Positions 7,976-16,544 are shown, counted from the stretch's first letter. The stretch is 24,000 nucleotides of DNA from Anaerosomatales bacterium (GCA_030019445.1 JASEEU010000002.1:38995-62994), one strand, 5' to 3'. The notes: generated by a model from the sequence alone, not told the origin. Numbers and translations: made by a program.

Positions 7976-10710
7976 CGCCTCCCGAGGGCCGCTTCGAGCA
8001 CCGTTCGTGCAGCGGGTGCTGCTTCGCGCCCACCCACGCCCGCGTTCTCGAGCACGATCGCCACCGCGACGGTGGGGTTCTCGGCCGGCGCGAACGCGAT
8101 GAACCACGCATGGGTCTCGACGCTCTTGCCGGCCTCGGCGGTGCCCGTCTTGCCTGCCACAGCGACGCCCGGGATCTGCGCGCGCGTCCCGGAGCCCGCC
8201 TGCACGACCCGCACCATCATCTCGGTCACCGTTTCGGCGGTAGCCTCATCGGTGGCTGTCGTCCAGGCCCGCGGCGCCGTCTCGCTCACTACGCGTCCCG
8301 TGCGATCGGTGATGGTGTCCACCACATAGGGTCGCATGACGATGCCGTCATTGGCGATACCTGCCGAGACAAGCGCCATCTGCAGCGCGGTGACCTGGGG
8401 TCCCGGCGGGCTCTCGTGCTCGCCGACGGGCTGGCCGACCCCGGCCCACGCGGTCTCCCACGTCGTCATCTCGTCGGGGTCGGGCATGAGCGACGCCACC
8501 GCCGGCAGCTCAAGTGGCGGCTCGTCGTCGACGCCGAAACGCTCGGCCTGTGCCACGAGGTCGTTCGCGCCGAGGTCGACGGCCAGCTGGGCGAAGACCG
8601 TGTTGATCGAGCTGGCGGTCGCTTTGCGCAGGTCCACCGTGCCGTAGGAGGAGCCGCCGTAGTTGGTGACGGGCGCGCCGCCGATGACGAGTGAGGCCGG
8701 GCCGGGGTAGGTCGTCTCGGGGGTGGCGACGCCCGCTCCGAGCGCTCCGGTGAGCGTCACCACCTTCCAGGTGCTGCCCGGGGGGTAGAGGCTCTGGATG
8801 GCGCGGTTCACGAGCGGAGCCGGCCCGTCCGCGCCTGACAGCGTGTCCCACTGGTCGTCGACGGTCGAGGGGTCGTAGGTCGGGCTCGATGCCATGGCGA
8901 GCACCGCTCCCGTGCGCGGGTCGATGGCGACGCACGCCCCGCGCCGGGCGCCCAGCGCCTGCTCGGCGGCTCGCTGCACCTCGCTGTCGATGGTCAGCCG
9001 CACATCGTTGCCCGCGACCGGCAGCCCGGCGGCGGACTCGATCATGTCGCGCACGGTGGCGAACGCCCGCTTCCCGGCGAGCGCCTCGTTCATCGCGGCC
9101 TCGATGCCCGCCCGTCCGTACCGTGGACTGTAGTAGCCGACGACGTGCGCGGCGAGGCTGTCCGCGGGATACGTCCGGGTGAAGACGTCGCCGTCTGGCA
9201 CCGACTCCGCGAGCACCGTGCCGTCAGCCGCGATGATCGCGCCGCGCTCCTGCCGGAGCTCCGCGGCGAGCGCCCGCGTGTTCGCGGGGTCAGCGGCGAG
9301 CGCGTCGGCGGCGAACACCTGCAGGTATGTGAGGTTGGCGACGAGCGCCACCGTAAGCACGGCGGCCATCCACCCGACGCCGGTCAGACGACGGGAGAGC
9401 GCGAACCTCCCGAGGATCCCGCCACCCGCGCTCGTCTCGAGCGCCTCGCCGCGACCCGTGGCCGCGTCGCCCGCGCGCATCAGGAGCGCGAGCAGCATGA
9501 AGTTCGCGACGATCGACGAACCGCCGTAGCTCACGAACGGGAGCGTGATGCCGGTGAGCGGTATCAGCCGCGTGACACCGCCGATGATGACGAACGTCTG
9601 GAGCGCGAACACGGCGGTCAGCCCCGTGGCGGTGAAGGCCGCCATGTCCGAGCGTGCCCGCGCCGCCGTGGCGAGGCCCCGGAGGCTGAACGTCAGGTAG
9701 GCGATGATGAGCGCTGCCCCGCCGAGAAGACCGAGCTCCTCGCCGATCACCGCGAAGACGAAGTCGGTCTCGACGAAGGGGATGCGACCCGGGAGGCCGT
9801 TGCCGACGCCGACGCCGATCATCCGTCCGGCGCCGAGGGCGAACAGCGACTGCACGAGCTGATAGCCGCGCCCCGCGGCGTCCGCGAACGGGTCGAGCCA
9901 GATCGCGATGCGGTCCTGCACGTGCCCGAAGAGCAGGTACGCGGCGGTCGCCCCGACGGCGAAGAGCCCGCCGCCCACCACCACGTAGCCGGGCCGCCCC
10001 GTGGCGACGTACGCCATCACGAGGAACATGCCGAAGAACAGCAGGCTGGAGCCGAGGTCTTTCTCGGCCACCAGCACGACGAGCGAGAGCAGCCACATGA
10101 AGACGAGCGGCCCGAGGCGTCGCGCGGGCGGCACCCAGAGCCCGAGCACTCGGTGCGTGGAGACGGAGAGCACCTCGCGGTTCTCGGCCAGGTACGCGGC
10201 GAGGAAGAGGACGATGAGCACCTTGGCGACCTCGGCGGGCTGGAAGGACATACCCGCGAAGCGGAGCCAGAGCTTGGCGCCGTTGACCTCGACGCCGATG
10301 AGCGCGGGCAGCACGAGGAGCACGATGCCGAGAAGCGCGACGGTGTACTTGTAGCGCGCGACGCGCTCGAGCGAGGGCACCGCGGCGAGGACCGCGACCA
10401 TCACGATGACGCCGAAGAAGACCCAGCGTGTCTGCCCGGCGGCGAGTTCGGCGTCGAGCCGCGTCATGAAGGCGAGGCCGACGCCGCACAGCAGGAACGT
10501 GAGGGGGAGGAGCACGGGGTCGGCGCCGGGCGCGAGGAAGCGGGAAGCGACATGCGCGGCCACGAAGGAGAGCAGGAGCCCCCCGCCGACGATGAGGTCG
10601 GCCGCGCTGAGCGTGGAGTCGCCGGTCGCGTGGACGAGCGCGAACAGCAGCAGTACCGCGGGGGCGGCCGCCAGCAGGAGCGCGAGCTCTGTATCGCGAC
10701 GTGAACGCAC
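7972..10710 (-). CDS. Fused FtsW/RodA-family peptidoglycan polymerase and class B penicillin-binding transpeptidase (PbpA/PBP2-like)
   Basis: N-terminal SEDS half (WLRFAGMSFQPAEVAK, AEKDLGSSLLFFG, FVFAVIGEELGLLG, LPFVSYGGSSIVANF) continuous with PBP half (SxxK PGSTWKVVT, SxN SSINTVF, KTG AGKTGTAE). GTG at 10710 has AGAGGAG upstream, better than the track start 10797 which overlaps the PP2C gene. Confidence 0.92.
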   Translation of the reverse strand: MRSRRDTELALLLAAAPAVLLLFALVHATGDSTLSAADLIVGGGLLLSFVAAHVASRFLAPGADPVLLPLTFLLCGVGLAFMTRLDAELAAGQTRWVFFGVIVMVAVLAAVPSLERVARYKYTVALLGIVLLVLPALIGVEVNGAKLWLRFAGMSFQPAEVAKVLIVLFLAAYLAENREVLSVSTHRVLGLWVPPARRLGPLVFMWLLSLVVLVAEKDLGSSLLFFGMFLVMAYVATGRPGYVVVGGGLFAVGATAAYLLFGHVQDRIAIWLDPFADAAGRGYQLVQSLFALGAGRMIGVGVGNGLPGRIPFVETDFVFAVIGEELGLLGGAALIIAYLTFSLRGLATAARARSDMAAFTATGLTAVFALQTFVIIGGVTRLIPLTGITLPFVSYGGSSIVANFMLLALLMRAGDAATGRGEALETSAGGGILGRFALSRRLTGVGWMAAVLTVALVANLTYLQVFAADALAADPANTRALAAELRQERGAIIAADGTVLAESVPDGDVFTRTYPADSLAAHVVGYYSPRYGRAGIEAAMNEALAGKRAFATVRDMIESAAGLPVAGNDVRLTIDSEVQRAAEQALGARRGACVAIDPRTGAVLAMASSPTYDPSTVDDQWDTLSGADGPAPLVNRAIQSLYPPGSTWKVVTLTGALGAGVATPETTYPGPASLVIGGAPVTNYGGSSYGTVDLRKATASSINTVFAQLAVDLGANDLVAQAERFGVDDEPPLELPAVASLMPDPDEMTTWETAWAGVGQPVGEHESPPGPQVTALQMALVSAGIANDGIVMRPYVVDTITDRTGRVVSETAPRAWTTATDEATAETVTEMMVRVVQAGSGTRAQIPGVAVAGKTGTAEAGKSVETHAWFIAFAPAENPTVAVAIVLENAGVGGREAAPAARTVLEAALGRR

Positions 10711-10720
10711 CCGGGCTCCT

Positions 10721-11824
10721 CTACTGGTCGGCGCCTGGCGTCGTCTCCGAGGCGGCCTCGGCCTGACGCCGGTACTCGTCGACGAGCTCGTAGGCATCGG
10801 TCAGGCTGTCGGCGCGCACACCGACGCGCAGTCGCGCGGCGGTGATGGGGTCGAGCACGTCGGTCGGGATGCTCGTGAGCGTGGACCGCCAGTGCAGGCT
10901 GACGCCGGCGAGCTCGCCGGGGACGCCCTCGTAGACGGCGAGGTAGCCGCTCTCATCGATGACGTATGCCTGGGCGCGGGCGTAGGCGTAAGCGCCCCAT
11001 GCCGCTCCGCCGATGAGCGCGAGCGCGGCGAGGACCCACAGCGCGCGCGCAGCCCAGCCGCGACCGGCGCCCGGCTCACCGCGACCGGGCTCCGACCCCG
11101 CCGGGTCGGGGGCGATCTCGGCCACCACGACGGTGATGTTGTCCTGACCGCCCGCCGCGTTCGCCACCGAGATGAGCCGGTCCACCGCCTGGTCCGCGGT
11201 CTCCGACTCGCCGAGGATCCGCTCGATGTCGGGGTCGCGCACCATGCTCGTCAGGCCGTCCGTGCACAGCAGCAGGCGGTCGCCGGGGCTGGCCTGGACC
11301 TCGTAGGTGTCGGGCAGCATGTTGGGGTCGCTCCCCAGCGCGCGCGTGATCACGCTGCGGTTGGGATGGTGCCGCGCGTCCTCCTCGGTGATGGTGCCCT
11401 GACGGATCATGTCCGCCATCATCGAGTGGTCCTCGGTCAGGCGCTGCAGGCTGCCGAGGTGCAGCAGATAGGCGCGCGAGTCTCCGACGTGGGCGATCAC
11501 GATGCGCGTCCCGTCGATCATCGCGGCGGTCAGGGTGGTGCCCATCCCGCTGCGCCCGCGGCCGCTCTCGGCGGCCTGGATGACGGCGGCGTTCGCAGCC
11601 CGGACCGCGCGCGCGAGCGCCTTGGGGTCGGCGGCGCGCGGCGCCTGATCGGCGAGCACGTCGACGGCGATGCCGCTCGCGATCTCGCCGGCCTGGTGCC
11701 CGCCGAGCCCGTCGGCTACCGCCAGCAGCGGCGGGGCGAGCAGGTACGCGTCCTCGTTGCCCGAGCGGGAGCGGCCGACGTCGGTCCCGCCGGCGTACGG
11801 GTCGGCGTGTCGCCGGGCCGTCAC
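10721..11824 (-). CDS. PP2C-family Ser/Thr protein phosphatase (PstP-like)
   Basis: DVGRSRSGNEDAYLL, VADGLGGHQAGEIAS, VAHVGDSRAYLL, LLLCTDGLTSMV, AGGQDNITVVVAE, plus a TM segment ARALWVLAALALIGGAAWGAY. Confidence 0.95.
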   Translation of the reverse strand: MTARRHADPYAGGTDVGRSRSGNEDAYLLAPPLLAVADGLGGHQAGEIASGIAVDVLADQAPRAADPKALARAVRAANAAVIQAAESGRGRSGMGTTLTAAMIDGTRIVIAHVGDSRAYLLHLGSLQRLTEDHSMMADMIRQGTITEEDARHHPNRSVITRALGSDPNMLPDTYEVQASPGDRLLLCTDGLTSMVRDPDIERILGESETADQAVDRLISVANAAGGQDNITVVVAEIAPDPAGSEPGRGEPGAGRGWAARALWVLAALALIGGAAWGAYAYARAQAYVIDESGYLAVYEGVPGELAGVSLHWRSTLTSIPTDVLDPITAARLRVGVRADSLTDAYELVDEYRRQAEAASETTPGADQ

Positions 11825-12240
11825 AGCCGGACCACTTTCAGCTGGTTGGCGCCGAGCTCGATCACGTCGCCCACGCGTGCCGGCATCGGGCGCTGCGCAG
11901 CTTGGCCGTTCACGAGCGTCCCGTTCGTGGAGCCGAGGTCCTCGACGATGGCGCCGTCCCCGGACGGGCTGATGCGGCAGTGCAGCGAGGAGACGAAGTC
12001 ATCGGCGATCACGAAGTCCGCGTCGGGAGACCGGCCCACCACGAGCGGACCGGCGAGCGGGAGCGTGACGCCCTTGATCTCGCGGGGCCCCCGGACGACC
12101 GCGACACCCAGTCCGGACGGCGCCTTCGCGGCGCCGCCGCGCTTGACCACGCCGATGCCCGCCCGGATCGCCGCGAGCAGGAACAGGTAGAGGAGCCCGA
12201 GGAGGAGGATGCGCCCGAAGAGCAGGATCACCTCGGCCAT
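11821..12240 (-). CDS. FHA-domain protein with N-terminal TM segment (FhaB-like)
   Basis: LVVGRSPDADFVIADDFVSSLHCRIS..VEDLGSTNGTLVNGQ. GTGA 4-bp overlap with the PP2C gene. Confidence 0.92.
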   Translation of the reverse strand: MAEVILLFGRILLLGLLYLFLLAAIRAGIGVVKRGGAAKAPSGLGVAVVRGPREIKGVTLPLAGPLVVGRSPDADFVIADDFVSSLHCRISPSGDGAIVEDLGSTNGTLVNGQAAQRPMPARVGDVIELGANQLKVVRL

Positions 12241-12243
12241 GGC

Positions 12244-12969
12244 TCAGCCCCTCGGTTCGTGGAAGACGAGGCGCGTCACGCCGATCTCGACCACGTCGCC
12301 ATCGCGCAGCCGCGCCCGTGTGACCGGCTTGCCGTTGAGCCGTGTCCCGTTCGTCGAATCAAGGTCCTCGATGGCCCAGCCGTCCTCCAGGCGGATGAAC
12401 GCGGCATGCCGTCGCGACGTGTTGGCGTCCTGCAGGCAGATCTGGCACTCGGCCAGTCGCCCGACGACGACCTGGTCACCGCGGAGCGCGACGTCGTGGG
12501 CCACATCGCCGACGGTCACTGTGGCGAGGTCGGTCGCCGCCGTCACCGTGCGCTCGGCGCGCGCGGTGAACGCGTCGTCCAGGCCCAGGTCGTCATCGAT
12601 CTCGGGCGTGTCGGTGGCGGCCACCCGGAAGCGGCCGAGGCGCAGGCCGGGGTCTGCCGAGAACTCCACGCGGGGCTTCTCGGTCAGGTGATAGCCCCGC
12701 TCGCGCGCATGGTCGACGAGGTAGGTGGCGAGCTCGCCGGCGAGGGTGTCGGCGAACCGGCCGAACTGCGTCGCGTCGTCGCGGGAGAGCACGACGCGGT
12801 AGCGCACCGGCACGTAGACGCGGTCGACGCCGACCATGCGTCCGTCATCCATCGCGCGGGAGAGCGCCTTGGCGAGTTCGGCGGGCTGCACGGGCGAGCG
12901 GAACGCGCCCGCGAACAGGCCCTCGATCGCCGCGCCGACCCGATCTTCGAAGTCCGAGAGAATGCCCAT
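12244..12969 (-). CDS. DUF3662/FHA-domain protein (FhaA-like)
   Basis: N-terminal MGILSDFEDRVGAAIEGLFAGAFRSPVQPAELAKALSRAMDD; C-terminal FHA VVGRLAECQICLQDANTSRRHAAFI..LDSTNGTRLNG. Confidence 0.92.
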   Translation of the reverse strand: MGILSDFEDRVGAAIEGLFAGAFRSPVQPAELAKALSRAMDDGRMVGVDRVYVPVRYRVVLSRDDATQFGRFADTLAGELATYLVDHARERGYHLTEKPRVEFSADPGLRLGRFRVAATDTPEIDDDLGLDDAFTARAERTVTAATDLATVTVGDVAHDVALRGDQVVVGRLAECQICLQDANTSRRHAAFIRLEDGWAIEDLDSTNGTRLNGKPVTRARLRDGDVVEIGVTRLVFHEPRG

Positions 12970-13063
12970 GTCCGTCCCGGGAGTCGCGTGCTCGTCCAGT
13001 GCTCCGATGATACCAACACTCGAGCCCGGCTACCCGTCCGCGTAACCGGTCCGTGGCCGCACG

Positions 13064-14755
13064 TCACTCGCCGCGCGTCGGCGGACCCGCCGCGATCACC
13101 GCCGCGAGGAGCATCGCGCTCGCTCCCGCCGACACGAGCGCCTCGTCGACATCGAACGCCCCTCCGCCCGCGAGCGTCTGCCAGCCGAGGTAGCCGAGGC
13201 CGAGCGCCGCCGCGCCGAGGACGATGCCGGCGACCGCCCCGCCCCGCGTGCCGCGTGCGCACAGCAGCGACGCGATCGCGCCCGCGCCCGCCCAGGCGAG
13301 CGCCGCGACCAACGGCCCGACCGCAAACAGTCCCCGCAGGTTGGCGGCCATGATGGCGCCGTCCCAGGGCGCCGAGAAGAACGCGGGATCGACCGCCAGG
13401 TACGGGGCCCTGCCGCCGGTGGCCGCGGACGCCGCCATGAGCGCGACCGCCGACGCGGCGCCGGACACCGCCGCGCGCGCCGGCCCGAACACGTAGCCGG
13501 CCAGAAGCGGTGCGGCGAGCCCGAGGCGGGCGACGCCGAGAGCGGGCGCGGTGGCCGGCAGGAGGGAGTCGCCCTCGCCGCGCCGCCCGGCCCATGCCCA
13601 GACGGCGCCGGCCATCACGAGGAAGACGATCCCCCCGGCCAGGTCCGTCGCGAACAGCCCGGCGGCGAACGCACCAAGCCCGAGCGCAAGGCCGAGCGCG
13701 GGCACGATCGCCGCGGCGAGGGCCACGAGCGCCGTGGCGCCGAGCAGGGCCGCCTGCTCAAGGGAGAACGCGCCCAGGCCCGCCCACGCCAGCCACCCGC
13801 ACAGCGCAGCCGCCCACGCGCGGCGGGCGACGGGCGCCCATCGGGCGAGCCGGTCCCACAGGCCGAGCCCGGACGCGCCGGGCTCGAAGCCGCCGTCCTC
13901 CTCGGCAGCGAGCGATGAGACGAGCTCGGCGAGCGATTCGCGCCCCGCCTCGGCATCGCCGAGGTGATCGAGCAGCGCCGCCGCGAACTCCGTCGCGGAC
14001 TGGTAGCGCTCCTCGGGCTCGGGGGCGAGCGCGGCGAGCAGCACCGTGTCGATCCCGGGCCCGAGGGAGGGCTCGAACTCGGACGGGGCGGGCATGTCCG
14101 CGTGCTCGATGCGGAAGAGCGACCCCTCGGCGCTCTCGGAGTCGAACGGCAGCGCGAGCGTCAACGCCTCATACGCGAGCGCCGCGAACGCCCACTCGTC
14201 GGTCCGCTCGTCGACGGGCTCGCTGCGGATCTGCTCGGGGGGCATGTAGCCGATGGTGCCCGCGAAGCTGCGGGCACGGCCGGTGACGTCGGTGAGCGCA
14301 GCCACGCCGAAGTCGGCCACCTTCACCCGTCCGTCCCGGGTGATGAGGACGTTCTGCGGCTTGATGTCGAGGTGCAGCACGCCGTTCTCGTGCGCGAACC
14401 CGATGGCGCGCGCGAGCGCCCCCACGACGGCCGCCGCTTCGTCCGCGTCGAGCGGCGTGTCGATAGCGTCGAGCAGCTCCGCGAGCGAGAGGCCGTCGAT
14501 GTGCTCCATGACGAGGTACGCGGCGTGCTCGTCGGAATCCCACTCGTGCACGGTGACGATCTCGGGGTGGTTGAGCATCGCCGCGGTGCGCGCTTCGGCC
14601 AGGCCGGCAGGCTTCGCCTTCGTGCCGAGGGGCAGTCGCTTGATGGCGACGCGGCGCGCCATGCGCGTGTCGAAGCCGAGGACGACGGTGCCGTGACCGC
14701 CGGCGCCGAGCTCGGCCAGCGGGCGGTATCGGTCCAGGATAAGCGGCTCTTCCAC
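13064..14755 (-). CDS. Ser/Thr protein kinase with C-terminal multipass membrane region
   Basis: LGAGGHGTVVLG, VAIKR, VLHLDIKPQNVLI (HRD replaced by HLD), VADFGVA, GTIGYMPPEQI, followed by many hydrophobic segments. GTG start with GAGGAG upstream. Confidence 0.9.
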   Translation of the reverse strand: MEEPLILDRYRPLAELGAGGHGTVVLGFDTRMARRVAIKRLPLGTKAKPAGLAEARTAAMLNHPEIVTVHEWDSDEHAAYLVMEHIDGLSLAELLDAIDTPLDADEAAAVVGALARAIGFAHENGVLHLDIKPQNVLITRDGRVKVADFGVAALTDVTGRARSFAGTIGYMPPEQIRSEPVDERTDEWAFAALAYEALTLALPFDSESAEGSLFRIEHADMPAPSEFEPSLGPGIDTVLLAALAPEPEERYQSATEFAAALLDHLGDAEAGRESLAELVSSLAAEEDGGFEPGASGLGLWDRLARWAPVARRAWAAALCGWLAWAGLGAFSLEQAALLGATALVALAAAIVPALGLALGLGAFAAGLFATDLAGGIVFLVMAGAVWAWAGRRGEGDSLLPATAPALGVARLGLAAPLLAGYVFGPARAAVSGAASAVALMAASAATGGRAPYLAVDPAFFSAPWDGAIMAANLRGLFAVGPLVAALAWAGAGAIASLLCARGTRGGAVAGIVLGAAALGLGYLGWQTLAGGGAFDVDEALVSAGASAMLLAAVIAAGPPTRGE

Positions 14756-14805
14756 GGCGCTCCTCGGCAGCGGGTCTCACCGCGATTGTACGCGACCCGC
14801 GCGCC

Positions 14806-14834
14806 TTTACGCTTCCCACCTGCGGTGCTACTAT
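14806..14834 (+). promoter_or_regulatory. Candidate sigma70-type promoter for tRNA-Leu
   Basis: TTTACG (14806..14811), 17-nt spacer, TACTAT (14829..14834), 14 nt before the tRNA 5' end. Confidence 0.65.
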
Positions 14835-14848
14835 TCACTCTCGCACAC

Positions 14849-14934
14849 GCGGGTGTGGCGGAATGGCAGACGCGCATGGTTCAGGTCCATGTGGGGGCAA
14901 CCCCGTGAAGGTTCAACTCCTTTCACCCGCACCA
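14849..14934 (+). tRNA. tRNA-Leu (anticodon CAG)
   Basis: Acceptor GCGGGTG/CACCCGC, anticodon arm CATGG-TTCAGGT-CCATG, long variable arm, T arm AGG-TTCAACT-CCT, encoded CCA. 86 nt. Confidence 0.96.
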
Positions 14935-14943
14935 CAGACGCAC

Positions 14944-14969
14944 AAAGGGCTCCCCTCGGGGAGCCCTTT
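14944..14969. terminator. Rho-independent terminator, probably bidirectional
   Basis: aaagggctcccc-tc-ggggagcccttt inverted repeat with A/T flanks, between tRNA-Leu and the convergent FKBP gene. Confidence 0.8.
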
Positions 14970-14997
14970 CGCGTACTGCCGGGAGCGGCGGGCGGCG

Positions 14998-15423
14998 CTA
15001 CGCCTCCACGACCTCCACGAGCTCGACCTCGAACGTGAGGTCCTCGCCCGCGAGCGGGTGGTTGAAGTCGAGCGTCACCATCTCGTCCTCGATCGCCGAG
15101 ACGACCGCCGGTATGCGGTGGCCGTCGGGCGTGGGGACCTCGACCATGATGCCGACGGTCGGCTCCGCCGCGAAGGCGGACATCGGGACCTGCTGGACGC
15201 GCGCGTCGACCCGCTCGCCGTAGGCATCGGCGCAGGCGACCGTGAACGTCGCCTTCTCGCCGGCCTCGAGGTCGCTCACAGCGCTCTCGAAGCCCGGGAT
15301 GACCTGGCCCTCGCCGAGCACGAACTCGAGCGGGTCGCGGCCGGCGCTGCTGTCGAACTCGCTGCCATCGTTGAGCGTGCCCTTGTAGTGCACGCGGACG
15401 GTATCGCCGTTCTTGGGTTTCAT
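14998..15423 (-). CDS. FKBP-type peptidyl-prolyl cis-trans isomerase (SlyD-like)
   Basis: MKPKNGDTVRVHYKGTLNDGSEFDSS..FVLGEGQVIPGFESAV..FNHPLAGEDLTFEVELVEV. ATG at 15423 has GGGAGG upstream; the track start 15468 adds a non-conserved extension. Confidence 0.93.
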   Translation of the reverse strand: MKPKNGDTVRVHYKGTLNDGSEFDSSAGRDPLEFVLGEGQVIPGFESAVSDLEAGEKATFTVACADAYGERVDARVQQVPMSAFAAEPTVGIMVEVPTPDGHRIPAVVSAIEDEMVTLDFNHPLAGEDLTFEVELVEVVEA

Positions 15424-15601
15424 AGGGAATGCCTCCCACTGGGATCGCTTCCGGACACGTCCTACCACTGTACATCACCGGTCAAATGTGACGCTTCGAT
15501 GACGCGCTCTTCCCATGCGTCCGCTGCGCTCGTTACGATTCGCGCTCGCACATCGAAATCGGTGTCATCAGACACCGCCGAGAAGAGAGAACGAGCACAG
15601 G

Positions 15602-15877
15602 ATGACGCGGGAGATCGCAAAGAAGAACCTTGAGCGGGCCGTCACGCTGTTCGGCCTGGTCAGCCCCATGACCGCCGCACCTCAGCTGTACCAGATCTGG
15701 GCGCAGCACCAGGTGGGCGGGCTCTCAAGCGTCACCGTCGGCTCGGCGCTCTTCATGTCGCTGCTCTGGACGACGTACGGTCTGCTCAACCGCCAGGCGC
15801 CCATCTGGATGGTGAACGGCGTCTGGGCGGGACTCAACGGCGCCACCCTCGTGGGCGTCCTCCAGTTCGCCGCGTAG
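15602..15877 (+). CDS. SemiSWEET / PQ-loop family transporter (copy 1)
   Basis: 91 aa; FGLVSPMTAAPQLYQIWAQHQVGGLSSVTVGSALFMSLLWTTYGLLNRQAPIWMVNGVWAGLNGATLVGVLQF. Start trimmed to MTREIAKK. Confidence 0.85.
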   Translation: MTREIAKKNLERAVTLFGLVSPMTAAPQLYQIWAQHQVGGLSSVTVGSALFMSLLWTTYGLLNRQAPIWMVNGVWAGLNGATLVGVLQFAA

Positions 15878-15880
15878 CCT

Positions 15881-15938
15881 CCACGCGCAGCCGCGCCACT
15901 CCACCGTGCGCCGTCCTTCAGGACGGCGCTACGCGTGG
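15881..15938. other. Nested inverted repeats (hairpin) between SemiSWEET and DUF2177-like genes
   Basis: Perfect 9-bp stem gcgccgtcc-ttca-ggacggcgc (15908..15929) inside ccacgcg (15881..15887) / cgcgtgg (15932..15938). Confidence 0.5.
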
Positions 15939-15986
15939 CCGAAGCACGGGTACCTACCCTGCGACACCGTCGACAGGGGAGGTCTG

Positions 15987-16394
15987 ATGACACTCGGCAA
16001 GGCGCTCATCGTCTACGGCGCGAGCCTCATCGCGTTTCTCGGCATCGACGCCGTCTGGCTCACCACGATGTCCGACCGCTTCTACCGCAAGCAGCTCGGC
16101 GATCTCATGCGGGACGATCCCGATCTGGGCGTAGCGCTCGCGTTCTACCTGCTCTACGTCGCCGGTGTCCTCCTGCTCGTGGTGCTTCCCGCCGCCGAGA
16201 AAGGATCGCTCCTGCAGGCCGTCGGCTTCGGCGCGCTTCTCGGCGTGGTCGCGTACGGCACGTACGACATCACCAACCTCGCGACGGTGCGCGACTGGCC
16301 GGTCGTCGTGACCGCTGTCGATCTCGTGTGGGGTGGCACGCTGACCGGGGCCGTATCCGCCGTCGGTTATCTCGTCGCGCGCTGGGTGGCGTGA
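15987..16394 (+). CDS. DUF2177-family membrane protein
   Basis: MTLGKALIVYGASLIAFLGIDAVWLTTMSDRFYRKQLGDLM..GVVAYGTYDITNLATVRDWPVVVTAVDLVWGGTLTGAVSA; GGGGAGG RBS. Start trimmed from 15906. Confidence 0.88.
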   Translation: MTLGKALIVYGASLIAFLGIDAVWLTTMSDRFYRKQLGDLMRDDPDLGVALAFYLLYVAGVLLLVVLPAAEKGSLLQAVGFGALLGVVAYGTYDITNLATVRDWPVVVTAVDLVWGGTLTGAVSAVGYLVARWVA

Positions 16395-16444
16395 CGGCTC
16401 CGACCGCCCGCCCCGGCGTGCTACCATCTTCGAGCGCCGCGACG

Positions 16445-16469
16445 AACCCTGCCAGTGCTTGGCAGGGTT
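16445..16469 (+). terminator. Strong hairpin, probable terminator after the DUF2177-like gene
   Basis: aaccctgcca-gtgct-tggcagggtt followed by only one further T. Stem can extend with a one-base bulge (cga/tcg). Confidence 0.5.
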
Positions 16470-16544
16470 TCGCATGCCGGCGGCGTAATCACGAAAGGGT
16501 GACCTCCGGCCTTCGGGCCGTATGACGAGGATGTGTGAGACTCG

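Noticed and set aside
9290-10489. 399-aa minus-strand alternative frame inside the fusion gene
   Set aside because: Arg-rich alternative frame overlapping the supported SEDS domain; no independent start or motif evidence.
9145-10704. 519-aa plus-strand ORF opposite the FtsW/PBP fusion
   Set aside because: Arg/Glu/His-rich, low-complexity translation with no domain motifs; a GC-driven antisense shadow of a well-supported gene.
11902-13353. 483-aa plus-strand ORF opposite the FHA genes
   Set aside because: Antisense shadow spanning several real minus-strand genes and an intergenic region.
13510-14286. 258-aa plus-strand Arg-rich ORF
   Set aside because: Extreme Arg/Pro/Ala composition, opposite a well-supported kinase gene.
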